A stretch of DNA of 64,000 bases from Lachnospiraceae bacterium (GCA_023663945.1 JAMPGL010000015.1:214-64213), one strand, 5' to 3'. Positions 1 through 10,392 are shown, counted from the stretch's first letter. Numbers and translations: made by a program. The notes: a model not told the origin generated them from the sequence alone.

Positions 1-120
1 ACTCAATTTGGGAGTGTGAATCCGGCAGGCATTATTGCGCCAGCGATTGTGGCAACGTTTGTGAGCACGGCGGCAGCAGTGGTGTATTGTAAGGTGAAAG
101 ATATAAGGCGGAGGGCGTGA
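1..120 (+). CDS. spmA: 3' end of spore maturation protein A / nucleoside-recognition (Gate) membrane protein (partial)
   Basis: Frame 1 reads TQFGSVNPAGIIAPAIVATFVSTAAAVVYCKVKDIRRRA*, resembling the SpmA C-terminus (GSxNPxxI..P..IAT..ST); only 39 codons visible. Confidence 0.5.
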   Translation, partial: TQFGSVNPAGIIAPAIVATFVSTAAAVVYCKVKDIRRRA

Positions 121-260
121 AGCTCTCCGCGTTTGCATAAAAATTAAAAATTTACAGAAGTCCAACTGAATTAGCTGTCAGCTGTTGTATGTTTTGAATG
201 TTTCATGATAAAATGCAAATATAGAATATTATTAAAACAATTACATGAGAAGGAGAGAAG

Positions 261-977
261 ATGGGACAACGTACAAAAGGTAAGTGTAAATATTGTGGGA
301 AAGAATATACATTCAGCTATATGAGCAGGCATCTGTCGGTTTGTGAAGCGCGTCAGGAAAAACTGGCAAAAGAGGAGGACAGTAAAAAGTGCGGATATTT
401 TGAACTGGCTGTCTGCGGTAAATATAATAAGGACTACTGGCTGTTCATAGAAGTCAAAGAAACGGCGACACTGAAAGATATCGATCAATTTTTGCGGGAC
501 ATATGGGTGGAATGCTGCGGTCATTTGAGCGCGTTCGATATAGGCGGCATCAGCTATGAGCCTGCACCTAAGAATGATTTCTTTTGGGGAAGGGTAGCAA
601 AGAGCATGAGCTGCAAACTGAGTTCTGTGTTGAAGAAGGGCATGACTTTTGGCTATGAGTATGATTTTGGCTCCACGACGGAATTGACGATAACGGTGGT
701 GAATTATAGAATAGGGGCTGCAAGGAAAGAAAAATTGGTCATTCTGTCGCGGAATAACCCAATTGAAATTCTGTGTGATGAGTGCGGTAAAAAATCAGCA
801 GTATATTTATGCGCAGAGTGCATTTATGATGGAAACGGATTTCTGTGTGAGGATTGCGCTAAAACGCATGAATGCGGGGAGGACATGCTCCTAAACGTCT
901 GCAATTCGCCGCGTATGGGGGTTTGCGGTTATTGCGGAAGTGACAGTTATCCCGACCAGTTCGTTCCGGATGTTTAA
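261..977 (+). CDS. pRiA4b ORF-3-like domain protein with N- and C-terminal Cys/His zinc-binding motifs
   Basis: N-term CKYCG..RHLSVC; central TLKDIDQFLRDIWVECCGHLSAF and YEYDFGSTTEL typical of pRiA4b ORF-3 family; C-term CDECG..CAEC..CEDC..NSPRMGVCGY; RBS AGGAG. Confidence 0.7.
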   Translation: MGQRTKGKCKYCGKEYTFSYMSRHLSVCEARQEKLAKEEDSKKCGYFELAVCGKYNKDYWLFIEVKETATLKDIDQFLRDIWVECCGHLSAFDIGGISYEPAPKNDFFWGRVAKSMSCKLSSVLKKGMTFGYEYDFGSTTELTITVVNYRIGAARKEKLVILSRNNPIEILCDECGKKSAVYLCAECIYDGNGFLCEDCAKTHECGEDMLLNVCNSPRMGVCGYCGSDSYPDQFVPDV

Positions 978-1033
978 AGCGTGGATAAATTCATTTCAAA
1001 TACAAATGCTGAATGCAAAAGGAGATAGGGCAG

Positions 1034-1924
1034 ATGTACAATCCTCAACTTGATACTTTTATCCGGACGGCAGATGCGGGCAGTTTTAATAAGGCTGCGG
1101 AAAAGCTGTTCATCACGCCGACAGCGGTGATCAAACAGATTAATCTCCTGGAAGCATCTTTGGAGGTAAAGCTTTTTGAGAGGACGCATCGGGGGCTGGT
1201 TTTGACGAAGGCAGGAAGAACATTATATCAGGATTCAAAGTATATCATTCAGTATTGCAGGGATTCTGTGATACGTGCAAAGAATGCTATGCAGGAGGAT
1301 AAAGACATTATCCGCATAGGTACTTCCCCGATGACGCCGGCACAGCTCCTGATGCAGCTGTGGCCTCAGATTCAGCTGCATTGCCCTGATATGAAATTTC
1401 AGATTATTCCTTTTGAGAACACGCCGGAAAATGCCAGAGAAATATTGGCGAATTTAGGGGAAAATATTGATGTGGTAGGCGGAATCTTTGACGAGACAAT
1501 GTTAAACCTGCGCAGCTGTGCAGGGCTTCAGCTTTCCCGTGAGCCCTTATGCTGTGCGGTTTCCGTGCACCACCGGCTTGCGGCAAGGGACAAATTGCAG
1601 GTGGAGGATTTGCATGGAGAGAATCTGCTCCTTATGCACAGGGGCTGGAGCCATTACGTGGAACGGCTGCGTGATGATCTCTGGAAGAATCACAGCCAGA
1701 TTCATATTATAGATTTTGATTTTTATAATATGAGCATTTTCAACCGTTGTGAAAACAGTAATGACGTGCTTCTGGCAATTCCGGGATGGGCAAATGTGCA
1801 TCCGCTTCTTAAGGTGATTCCGGTAGAATGGGAGCATAGCATTCCTTATGGGTTGCTCTATTCGCCTCGCCCATCGGAAACGGTAAAACGTTTTCTGGAG
1901 GCAGCGAAGGCGGCGGTACGATAA
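1034..1924 (+). CDS. LysR family transcriptional regulator
   Basis: N-term HTH LDTFIRTADAGSFNKAAEKLFITPTAVIKQINLLEASLEVKLFERTHRGLVLTKAG; ATG 1034 follows AAGGAG. Confidence 0.95.
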   Translation: MYNPQLDTFIRTADAGSFNKAAEKLFITPTAVIKQINLLEASLEVKLFERTHRGLVLTKAGRTLYQDSKYIIQYCRDSVIRAKNAMQEDKDIIRIGTSPMTPAQLLMQLWPQIQLHCPDMKFQIIPFENTPENAREILANLGENIDVVGGIFDETMLNLRSCAGLQLSREPLCCAVSVHHRLAARDKLQVEDLHGENLLLMHRGWSHYVERLRDDLWKNHSQIHIIDFDFYNMSIFNRCENSNDVLLAIPGWANVHPLLKVIPVEWEHSIPYGLLYSPRPSETVKRFLEAAKAAVR

Positions 1925-1934
1925 ATTTTATAAG

Positions 1935-1953
1935 GGTTATAACCGTTAGGTTA
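1935..1953. promoter_or_regulatory. Candidate LysR operator (dyads GGTTATAACC and TAACC-N4-GGTTA)
   Basis: Overlapping palindromes between LysR and the first AKR; loosely similar TATAAACCTAAACGTATA at 12497-12514 upstream of the second AKR pair. Confidence 0.35.
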
Positions 1954-1965
1954 AAACTGATGAAC

Positions 1966-1999
1966 AAAACGAGACTTCTGTTGGAGTTTCGTTTTTTTT
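1966..1999 (+). terminator. Intrinsic terminator after LysR gene
   Basis: AAAACGAGACTTC-TGTT-GGAGTTTCGTTTT 13-bp stem (2 G-U) plus T-run. Confidence 0.7.
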
Positions 2000-2038
2000 A
2001 TACTTTGGCTATAAGGAAATGTTTTTAGGAGGAGAATT

Positions 2039-3043
2039 ATGGACAAACGTATATTAGGAAATGATTTAGAGGTTTCTGCCGTAGGGCTTGGCTGCATGGG
2101 CTTCAGCCATGCTTATGGTGCGCCCATGGAAAGGCACGAGGCTGTTTCAATGATCCGCAGTGCTTATGAAATGGGATATACGTTTTTTGACACTGCGGAA
2201 GTTTATGGAACGCCTGAGGATCCCCACCAGAACGAGGAGCTTGTGGGTGAGGCGCTTCGATGGGTTCGGAATCAGGTAAAGATTGTCAGCAAATTTGGGA
2301 TTCATTTTGATATGAGCAGTCCGCAGGTGAATCATCCGCTGGTTCCGGATGCAAGAGCAGAAGTAATCCGTGCTTCCGTGGAAGGGTCATTAAAACGTCT
2401 GCAGACCGACCATATTGATCTATATTTTCAGCATCGGATCGACCCGGCAGTGGAGCCGGAGGAGACAGCCGGTGTTATGGCGGATTTGATTCGGGAAGGA
2501 AAGATTCTGCATTGGGGCATTTCAGAGGCGAATGAGGAATATCTCCGCCGCGCTCATGCAGTCTGCCCCGTAACTGCTGTGGAAAACCGTTATTCCATGA
2601 TGGCAAGGCAGTGTGAGGAGCTTTTTCCGGTACTGGAAGAGCTGGGAGTCGGGCTGGTGGCATTTTCGCCTATGGCAAACGGATTTTTAACTGGAAAATA
2701 TGGAAAGGATTCGCAGTTTGACAAGAAATATGATTACCGCAGCAATATGCCTCAGTTTAAGGAAGAAGCTGTAGATAAAAACAGGGATTTGATTATGCTT
2801 CTTGAACGTGTGGCAGAGGGGAAAGGGGCAACGCCGGCGCAGATTTCCATGGCATGGATGCTCTGCAAGAAACCTTGGATTGTTCCGATTCCGGGAACCC
2901 GTAAGCTGGAACGGTTACAGGAAAATGCGGGAGCGGCGGACATAAAATTATCTGCAAAAGAGGTACAGACGCTGGATGATGTTCTTAGCAGGATAGAGAT
3001 GTCTGAAGTGTTTGGCGGTTCTAAAATTGTGAAAAGCAAATAA
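2039..3043 (+). CDS. Aldo/keto reductase (AKR13-like)
   Basis: VSAVGLGCMG, FFDTAEVYG, SLKRLQTDHIDLYFQHR, PIPGTRKLERLQEN. Confidence 0.95.
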   Translation: MDKRILGNDLEVSAVGLGCMGFSHAYGAPMERHEAVSMIRSAYEMGYTFFDTAEVYGTPEDPHQNEELVGEALRWVRNQVKIVSKFGIHFDMSSPQVNHPLVPDARAEVIRASVEGSLKRLQTDHIDLYFQHRIDPAVEPEETAGVMADLIREGKILHWGISEANEEYLRRAHAVCPVTAVENRYSMMARQCEELFPVLEELGVGLVAFSPMANGFLTGKYGKDSQFDKKYDYRSNMPQFKEEAVDKNRDLIMLLERVAEGKGATPAQISMAWMLCKKPWIVPIPGTRKLERLQENAGAADIKLSAKEVQTLDDVLSRIEMSEVFGGSKIVKSK

Positions 3044-3069
3044 GTTGAATGATTTGTGGGTAAAAATTT

Positions 3070-4125
3070 ATGAGATATGGAAAGATGATAAACATGTTAA
3101 ACATTTCTGTGATGTTTTGCGGTCTTGCTTTTGTGTTTTCCGCTTGCGGAAATACTGAAACGGACTCAGTCCCAAAAGCAGTTGTAGAATCGGAAGCAGG
3201 ATTGGATACAGAGGCGGAGGAAGTTATAGTGGAAAAAGAAGATGATGAAACTGCCTATACGCTGTTTTCTACTGTAGGTGATGTGATGAATGATCCTTAT
3301 TTTGAGGATTTTGGCTATCTTTTATTTCCGGCAGACCGATCTGTGTCCGAGGATATGACGCTGGAGGAAATCAGCAGCAGCGGCGTGTATGTCTGGTATA
3401 ACTATATCGATCCGGACAAAACAGTGGAAATTATACAGAGCCTGCATGACCGGGCGGCGGCAGGGGAGAGGGTTTTCTATGACATTTATTCAGAGCAGGA
3501 AAAGGAAGCTGACCCATCCAAGGAGGATACTGGCTTATTTTTCTTCAAAGGAAATCCGGGTGAAAAATTTGCGGTGGTAAATGCGGGAGGCGGTTTTATG
3601 TACGTGGGCGCTATGCATGACAGCTTTCCCCATGCCTTAGAGCTTTCCAAAATGGGGTACAACGGATTTGCCTTGATTTATCGTCCCGATGACCCTTATG
3701 CAGACCTTGCTCAGGCAATCAGTTTTATCTATGATCATGCAGAGGAACTGGAAGTAAACCCGGAGAATTATTCTCTGTGGGGCGGGTCGGCAGGCGCAAG
3801 GATGGCGGCTGCGCTGGGGAATGGGGATGCGCTTCCTTATTTTGGACGGGAGGATATTCCTCAGGCATCCGCAGTGATCATGCAGTATACAGGTTATAAC
3901 ACCGTTTCGGAAAAGGATGCGCCGACCTATGTATGTGTTGGAACCAGTGATGGGATAGCAGGCTGGAGAACCATGCAGTCAAGGCTGCAGAGCCTTGAAG
4001 CTCTTGGCATTCCGACGGAGTTTCATGCCTATGAAGGACTTCCCCATGGCTTCGGGATCGGGACAGGAACCGTGGCGGAAGGGTGGATAAATGACGCAGT
4101 GGCATTCTGGGAAGCGCAGACCTAA
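3070..4125 (+). CDS. Alpha/beta hydrolase, predicted lipoprotein
   Basis: Lipobox FVFSAC; nucleophile motif WGGSAG; GGGF oxyanion motif; Asp (GTSDG) and His (GLPHGFG). Confidence 0.85.
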   Translation: MRYGKMINMLNISVMFCGLAFVFSACGNTETDSVPKAVVESEAGLDTEAEEVIVEKEDDETAYTLFSTVGDVMNDPYFEDFGYLLFPADRSVSEDMTLEEISSSGVYVWYNYIDPDKTVEIIQSLHDRAAAGERVFYDIYSEQEKEADPSKEDTGLFFFKGNPGEKFAVVNAGGGFMYVGAMHDSFPHALELSKMGYNGFALIYRPDDPYADLAQAISFIYDHAEELEVNPENYSLWGGSAGARMAAALGNGDALPYFGREDIPQASAVIMQYTGYNTVSEKDAPTYVCVGTSDGIAGWRTMQSRLQSLEALGIPTEFHAYEGLPHGFGIGTGTVAEGWINDAVAFWEAQT

Positions 4126-4259
4126 AATGATTGACGGTGTTGGCAGATTTTGCGGGGCATTTGAATTGTCCGAACATACCTGAGATATGCACAGTGGCTG
4201 GAAAATGTATTTGCAAATAACTGAATTTTGATGGCAATGAGCAAGAGAGAGGAGCGAAT

Positions 4260-5360
4260 ATGACTGTAAAAAGAGGAAATGTAGTGATTTTGGCGGCAGT
4301 GATGATGCTGTGTACAGCATGTTCCGGGCAGAATGTGATGGAAGACGAACTTGTGCCTCTTAATATGCAGGAAGAGGCTGTAGAAAAAGAGCAGGAAGAG
4401 CGCATAGCGGCAGAGGCAGATCTGCCGGAGCAGGGAGGCGCTGTATCGATGGAGAATAAAGAAAATTTGACCCGCATTCCGCAGCAGCTATTGCAAATCC
4501 CGGCTGGATATGATTCTCCGGCATCGGAGCAGGGGACTTTGGAATGGCTGGACTATACGACGTATGAGTCTTTCACCTATGAGGAAAAGAGCAAACAGCT
4601 GACTAAGACAGCCTATGTATATCTGCCTTACGGTTATTCGGAAGAGAAACAGTACAATGTGTTTTATCTGATGCATGGGGGTTGGTCAAATGAGACAATG
4701 TATCTGGGCACGCCGGATCATCCAAGCGTGTTTAAGAATATTGTCGATCATGCGGTACAGAATGGTGAAATGGAGCCGGTGCTGATTGTCTGTCCGACCT
4801 ATAACAATGAGAATCCGAATGATAGTGACAGCTATAGTCTTGCACTTAGATTGACAGATAATTATCATAACGAGCTGGTAAATGACCTGCTGCCTGCCGT
4901 GGAAGGAAAGTACAGTACCTATGCAGAGGGAACGTCTGTGCAGGCATTGGAGGATTCCCGGGATCACCGCGCTTTTGCGGGATTTTCCATGGGCTCTGTT
5001 ACGACCTGGCATACGTTTGAGTACTGTCTGGATTATTTTCGCTATTTCTTTCCGTCCAGCGGGGACTTGACATCAGACGGACAGTACATGGAGAACATTG
5101 TGACCAGTTCAGGACATAATCCGGAGGACTTTTTTATCTTTGCCATGTCCGGCACGGAGGATTTTGATTATTCTGCGTTTTCCCGTCAGATTCAGGCTAT
5201 GTCAGAAGCGCCGGGCGGTATTTTTATTGAGGCGGATAATGAGGCGGACGGGAATCTGGCGTACCGGGTGCAGGAAGGCAATGCCCATGATGGTGCGGCG
5301 GCTATGCAGTATATGTACAATGGACTGACATGGTTGTGGAAAGGCGGATCTTCCGCATGA
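4260..5360 (+). CDS. Putative esterase (alpha/beta hydrolase), predicted lipoprotein
   Basis: Lipobox LCTAC; YLMHGG; nucleophile AGFSMGS; C-terminal GNAHD. Confidence 0.85.
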   Translation: MTVKRGNVVILAAVMMLCTACSGQNVMEDELVPLNMQEEAVEKEQEERIAAEADLPEQGGAVSMENKENLTRIPQQLLQIPAGYDSPASEQGTLEWLDYTTYESFTYEEKSKQLTKTAYVYLPYGYSEEKQYNVFYLMHGGWSNETMYLGTPDHPSVFKNIVDHAVQNGEMEPVLIVCPTYNNENPNDSDSYSLALRLTDNYHNELVNDLLPAVEGKYSTYAEGTSVQALEDSRDHRAFAGFSMGSVTTWHTFEYCLDYFRYFFPSSGDLTSDGQYMENIVTSSGHNPEDFFIFAMSGTEDFDYSAFSRQIQAMSEAPGGIFIEADNEADGNLAYRVQEGNAHDGAAAMQYMYNGLTWLWKGGSSA

Positions 5361-5456
5361 GAAAATTATTCTTCTAACCGGATCAAATTACTGATATAGG
5401 GACGCTCCCCGGCAGGCATCAGTATTAAAAATAATAAATAAATGGAGGAGAATCAG

Positions 5457-6074
5457 ATGAAAAGAAAAATGACAGCAGTATTTGCAGTATGTGGATTATT
5501 AATAATCGGTTTATTATCCGCCTGCGGGAGGCAGGATGAGGCTCCTGCGGCACCGCCCAGAGAAGTAATCGAGGATAGCGCTGATTCGGATGTGCCTGTA
5601 GGTGCGGATGTGCAGGAGAGCGCCGCTGGGACGGCAGATTCCGAAGCGGAAAGCGGTAACAGCATGCCGGGCATGACCATGCAGTTTGGCTATGACGGTC
5701 CGATTTATGATGTAGTGCTTGAGGACAATGACACAGCAGCGACACTTGCAGACTATGCGGCGCGCGGGGAATACAATCTTCCTATTTATACTTATGAAAA
5801 TTACGAGAATGAAGATATTCTACAGTTTTATGATATTCCCAGCCGCTATGAGATTCCGGATGACGCACAGCATTATACGGAGGAAAAAGCGGGAGAGCTT
5901 TACTATTCCTATCCGAATCGTGTCATCTTGTTTTATCAGGATGCGCAGGTAGAGGCGGACTACACGAAGATTGGCACGCTCACGAGCACAGAGGGGCTTG
6001 TGGACGCGGTGCAGAATAATGAACCTTTGGCGGACTGGAACTGCCTTGTAATCCCGGTACGGGTGGTACAGTAA
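5457..6074 (+). CDS. Cyclophilin-like fold protein, predicted lipoprotein
   Basis: Lipobox LLSAC; LEDNDTAATL..., GELYYSYPNRVILFY, YTKIG typical of cyclophilin-like family; RBS GGAGGA. Confidence 0.75.
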   Translation: MKRKMTAVFAVCGLLIIGLLSACGRQDEAPAAPPREVIEDSADSDVPVGADVQESAAGTADSEAESGNSMPGMTMQFGYDGPIYDVVLEDNDTAATLADYAARGEYNLPIYTYENYENEDILQFYDIPSRYEIPDDAQHYTEEKAGELYYSYPNRVILFYQDAQVEADYTKIGTLTSTEGLVDAVQNNEPLADWNCLVIPVRVVQ

Positions 6075-6090
6075 TAAGTGAGGAAACCAT

Positions 6091-7233
6091 ATGATTAAAG
6101 CGAAAGGCTGGATTGGCGTTTTTATGACGGTGGTGCTGTTGACGGGATGCGGCAATCATTCCGCAGTCGGAGACAGGACAGATGCGGCAGGTGAAGCAGA
6201 AGCTACGGCAACAGGATTAGGTGGGAACGCAGGAAATGCCGGGCAGGAACCGGCAGAATACATAGAGGCGGACAGTATTATTACAGAGTTGGAATCTGGT
6301 CTTTCGATGGTTCGTTTTGAGGGGAATGACGGTTTTGACGTATTCCTAAATCAAGGCGGCGCTGCGTCAGACCGGGAGGTGTTACAGTTTTTGACAGGCA
6401 CGATGCTTGGCGGTGCGGAGGGGCTTTCTTTTGAAGGCGCTGCCTTTGGATGCAGTACGATTTCCGTGGAAAATCCAGAAGGCGGTTATTACTTCGGACG
6501 GAATTTTGACTGGAATAAATGCGATACCCTGATTGTGGCTTCCTATCCGGAAAATGCTTATGCTTCCTTTTCCACGGTAAATGTGGACTTTATCAGACAG
6601 GGAGCCGGACCGGCGTCTCATTTTTTAAGTGATGACATGCTGAAGATTGCCACGCTCTATGCACCGTTGGACGGCATGAACGAAAAGGGTCTGTGTGTGT
6701 CCGTCAATATGATTCAGGATTCTGATACCATTTCGCAGGATACGGGAAAGCCTGATATCACGACAACAACGGCGATCAGGATGTTGTTAAACAAAGCGGC
6801 GGATGTGGAGGAAGCAGTTGCACTGCTTGCGCAATACGACCTTCATGCATCCAAGGATTATATGATCCATCTTGCCATTGCGGACAATACCGGCAGGAGT
6901 GTGGCTGTTGAATACGTGAATCAGGAGATGAACGTAATTGAGACGCCGATCCTCACAAACTTTTATCTTTCCGAGGGAGAAAAGCAGGGAATCGGAACCA
7001 AACAGTCTCATACGAGATTTGAAATTTTAGGGGAAACACTGGAAAATACGTCGGTAATGAACGGTGGGCAGGTGCGGGACGCCTTAAGCAGTGTCAGCAA
7101 GGGTAATTTCGGGGAATTTGAATCTACGGAATGGAGTGCGGTCTTTGATCAGTCGGCACTGACTGCAATGTATTACCACAGGGAAAACTACAGTAAAGGT
7201 TATGCGTTCAGACTTTTCGATGAGGGGAACTAA
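6091..7233 (+). CDS. Linear amide C-N hydrolase (Ntn, choloylglycine hydrolase superfamily), predicted lipoprotein
   Basis: Lipobox LLTGC; internal nucleophile GCSTI; FGRNFDW; LDGMNEKGL; TNFY. Confidence 0.85.
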   Translation: MIKAKGWIGVFMTVVLLTGCGNHSAVGDRTDAAGEAEATATGLGGNAGNAGQEPAEYIEADSIITELESGLSMVRFEGNDGFDVFLNQGGAASDREVLQFLTGTMLGGAEGLSFEGAAFGCSTISVENPEGGYYFGRNFDWNKCDTLIVASYPENAYASFSTVNVDFIRQGAGPASHFLSDDMLKIATLYAPLDGMNEKGLCVSVNMIQDSDTISQDTGKPDITTTTAIRMLLNKAADVEEAVALLAQYDLHASKDYMIHLAIADNTGRSVAVEYVNQEMNVIETPILTNFYLSEGEKQGIGTKQSHTRFEILGETLENTSVMNGGQVRDALSSVSKGNFGEFESTEWSAVFDQSALTAMYYHRENYSKGYAFRLFDEGN

Positions 7234-7292
7234 TCAGAAAAGGAGCGGTTTGTCGATGACCGTTTCCTAAAAAAGAAGAGGAGTGTACAGTT

Positions 7293-8054
7293 ATGGCTCA
7301 GCAAAAAGAGAAGACTTCCATAATTACGGGAAAACGTGTTGTTAAGACGTTTGGAGAAACAAAAGTCTTAAATGAAATAGATATTGAGATTTACAATGGT
7401 GATTTTACCGTGATCATGGGCACCTCCGGTTCTGGCAAATCGACGCTGTTATACTGCCTGAGCGGCATGGAACCGGCTTCGGATGGGACAATCTTATGCG
7501 GCGGTCAGAAGATTACGGGAGCATCGGAAAAGGAACTGACGAAGCTTCGGGCGGATGCATTTGGATTTGTATTTCAGAAGACGCATCTGGTCAGCAATCT
7601 GACTCTTTATGAAAATATCGTGATGGCGGGACTGATCAGCGGCGGACTTGGCGAAAAGGAAGTAAGGGAGCGGGCAAAAAAGCTGGCGGGACAGATGAAT
7701 TTACAAGAGGCAGCAGACAGGCTGCCCTCCCAAGTTTCCGGCGGAGAGGCACAGCGGGCGGCAGTGGCGAGAGCGGTTATGGGGAATCCGGCTATCCTGT
7801 TTGCGGATGAGCCGACCGGCGCTTTAAATAAGGCGAATACAAAGGAGGTTTTAAATTTGTTTAGCGGTCTTCACGATGCGGGGCAGACGATTCTTCTGGT
7901 GACGCATGATAAAGAGGCGGCGCTTAGGGGAAACCGCATTCTATATTTGGAGGACGGCAGGGTGATTTCAGAGCTTACATTGGCGGAATACAAGGGCAAA
8001 GACCCTGATCGGGAAAAAAGATTGAATACATGGCTGGAAGGGCTGGGGTGGTAG
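7293..8054 (+). CDS. ABC transporter ATP-binding protein (MacB/LolD type)
   Basis: Walker A GTSGSGKST, signature VSGGEAQR, Walker B ILFADEPTG, VTHD. Confidence 0.95.
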   Translation: MAQQKEKTSIITGKRVVKTFGETKVLNEIDIEIYNGDFTVIMGTSGSGKSTLLYCLSGMEPASDGTILCGGQKITGASEKELTKLRADAFGFVFQKTHLVSNLTLYENIVMAGLISGGLGEKEVRERAKKLAGQMNLQEAADRLPSQVSGGEAQRAAVARAVMGNPAILFADEPTGALNKANTKEVLNLFSGLHDAGQTILLVTHDKEAALRGNRILYLEDGRVISELTLAEYKGKDPDREKRLNTWLEGLGW

Positions 8055-8055
8055 G

Positions 8056-10392
8056 ATGAGCAAATATAAGATGTTGCTGCGTGCCGCCTGGAAACGGCAG
8101 AAATTTTCGGTACTCGCCTTATTTTTGATGATTACAATCTCTGCTTTGTGTCTTTTTTCAGCGATAACACTGTATGTCAGTGGGATGGCGGATGTGGAAC
8201 AGAAGATGGAACGGCTTGGGTTCGGTGATTTTACGGTGTGGGTGAGCGCCCAGCCGGAGCGGCTGCTTGCGGAAATAGAACAGATACCGGATGTGGAAAG
8301 CGCAGTTTTGCAGGATATCGTTTATGCAGGATACGAAGTCAACGGAAATCATTCGGATAATGAAGGACAGTTGACTGCTTATGACGGCGGAATTTCGTAT
8401 CGCTTTATTGATAGAAACGGAGAAGTGACAGATGTGTCAGAAATTTCACAGGGAAGCGTTTACGTCTCTCCGGCGATGGAAACTATGTTTGATGTGCATA
8501 TCGGCGATGAGATTCAGTTTAATCTTTCGCGCACAAACGGCAGAAAGGCATTTACGGTAGCCGGATATTTTGAGGATGCGTTCATGGGAAGTTCCATGAT
8601 TGACATGAAAAGCTTTCTCATAAGCGGTGCAGATTATGAAGCGGTACTTAAGATGATGGCGGATGCGGCGGCAATCGATGTGCTGGGGCGAAGCGGTGCA
8701 ATGATCCATATTGTCAAAGATGAGGCAGGCGGTCTTTCTGATGCGGCATTTTATGAGGAAATACAGGAGCATACGGAAATTGCGAGATATACGGAATTTA
8801 CCTATCGAAAGGATTCTATTTTAAGCTATATGCTTTTACTGCAAAATATTGTAGCGGGATTTTTGATGATTTTTTCTGTTGTCCTCTTTATCATCTGTCT
8901 GATCATGATAAAGCACAGTCTGACGCTTGTGATTGAGCAGGAAAAAGGCGATATGGCAATCCTGCGGACGATCGGGCTGTCAGGAAGCATCCTGCGGAGC
9001 GTGTATGTTACTCTTTACGGAGGAAGCGGTCTGCTGGGTCTGCTTTTGGGAGCGGCTTTTTGTGGAACGGCTGCAAGACATATTGCACAGGGGATGGTGA
9101 CATCCATAGGTATGCTTGTGGAAATAGAACTGCCTGCATTACCGCTTTTTATCGTGTTTGCGGTTTTTATGGCAGTCTTGGCGGGAAGTGTTTTAGGGCA
9201 GACCGGAAAGATTTTACAGATTGCGCCGATGCAGACGCTGCGGGAGACAAAAAGCACGGCAAAGGTACATTCCCGTTTTTCCAGAAACGGACTGCTTTAT
9301 TATATTGCATACAGAGAGGTTTTGGCAGACCGGAAGAAATATATTTCCCTGTGCCTGATTGCGCTGATCCTTACGGTTTTTCTTTCTGTGATTGGGCATA
9401 TGGGGGCGTGGCTGGGACCAAACGGCGAGGGGCTTATGAATGCTTTCAGTGTGGCGGCGCATGATCTTGGCGTACAGCCATTGAACCAGACGGTTCCTAT
9501 GGATGAGATTGAGCGGGTCATCAACTGGTATTCGCCGGTGACAGAAGTGTACGAGCTTGCCATGCAGAGTGTGACGGTAAACGGGCAGGAATATACGGCA
9601 AATGTGTTGGACGATACGGGATGGTTTCATGTTTTAAATGGAACTGTCTGCGATGAAGACAGCATTTTAATTACGGATACGGTTGCCGGGGAACTGGATT
9701 TACAGATTGGGGACACGGTCAGAGTGGCGGCAGAGGGCAGGATGCAGGAATATCAGGTGTCCGGCATTTATCAGTGCGCTAACGGCATGGGAAGCAATAT
9801 CGGCATGAGCCGGGAAGGTTATGCGAAAGTTGGAAATATTACAGGATATATCTGGTGCAGACATTACATTCTGGAAGATGGAAATATGCGGGATTATGCA
9901 TATGATTATCTGGAAGAGAATTACAGGGGAATTGACGTACACACCAACAGCTGGTCCGGACTTAGCGGCATCGTGTTTGTGATGCACGCGCTGATCGTCA
10001 TGCTGTATGTTGTGACGGCAGTCATAATTTTGATTACGGTGGCGCTGGCAGCAGGTAAGCTATTGCAATCGGAAAAGAGTGATATGGCGATATATAAAAG
10101 TCTGGGTCTGCATACGGAGAAACTCAGGATTTCCTTTGCCCTGCGGTTTTTGATTGTGACATTTGCCGGAGCGATTTTAGGATTTATCGCAGCGGGAATT
10201 TTGGCGGATCCTTTAATCGGAACCGTGTTTAAAAGCTTTGGAATTGGGGAATTTACGGTGGGATTCAGTGTATTGGGAAATGTTATGCCGCTTCTGGTGA
10301 TACCGGTTTTGTTTACGTTGTCTGCATGGATTTATTCTGCAAGGCTGTCAAAGGTCAGTATTGTAGAATTGATTGCAGAGAATGGGGAGTAA
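8056..10392 (+). CDS. ABC transporter permease with two FtsX-like domains
   Basis: Two repeats of TM + extracellular domain + 3 TM; E..DMAILRTIGL and EKSDMAIYKSLGL motifs. Confidence 0.9.
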   Translation: MSKYKMLLRAAWKRQKFSVLALFLMITISALCLFSAITLYVSGMADVEQKMERLGFGDFTVWVSAQPERLLAEIEQIPDVESAVLQDIVYAGYEVNGNHSDNEGQLTAYDGGISYRFIDRNGEVTDVSEISQGSVYVSPAMETMFDVHIGDEIQFNLSRTNGRKAFTVAGYFEDAFMGSSMIDMKSFLISGADYEAVLKMMADAAAIDVLGRSGAMIHIVKDEAGGLSDAAFYEEIQEHTEIARYTEFTYRKDSILSYMLLLQNIVAGFLMIFSVVLFIICLIMIKHSLTLVIEQEKGDMAILRTIGLSGSILRSVYVTLYGGSGLLGLLLGAAFCGTAARHIAQGMVTSIGMLVEIELPALPLFIVFAVFMAVLAGSVLGQTGKILQIAPMQTLRETKSTAKVHSRFSRNGLLYYIAYREVLADRKKYISLCLIALILTVFLSVIGHMGAWLGPNGEGLMNAFSVAAHDLGVQPLNQTVPMDEIERVINWYSPVTEVYELAMQSVTVNGQEYTANVLDDTGWFHVLNGTVCDEDSILITDTVAGELDLQIGDTVRVAAEGRMQEYQVSGIYQCANGMGSNIGMSREGYAKVGNITGYIWCRHYILEDGNMRDYAYDYLEENYRGIDVHTNSWSGLSGIVFVMHALIVMLYVVTAVIILITVALAAGKLLQSEKSDMAIYKSLGLHTEKLRISFALRFLIVTFAGAILGFIAAGILADPLIGTVFKSFGIGEFTVGFSVLGNVMPLLVIPVLFTLSAWIYSARLSKVSIVELIAENGE

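Noticed and set aside
6091-7233. Calling the Ntn hydrolase a bile salt hydrolase (bsh)
   Set aside because: Nucleophile Cys is internal behind a lipoprotein signal and pro-region, unlike canonical BSH; substrate cannot be read from sequence
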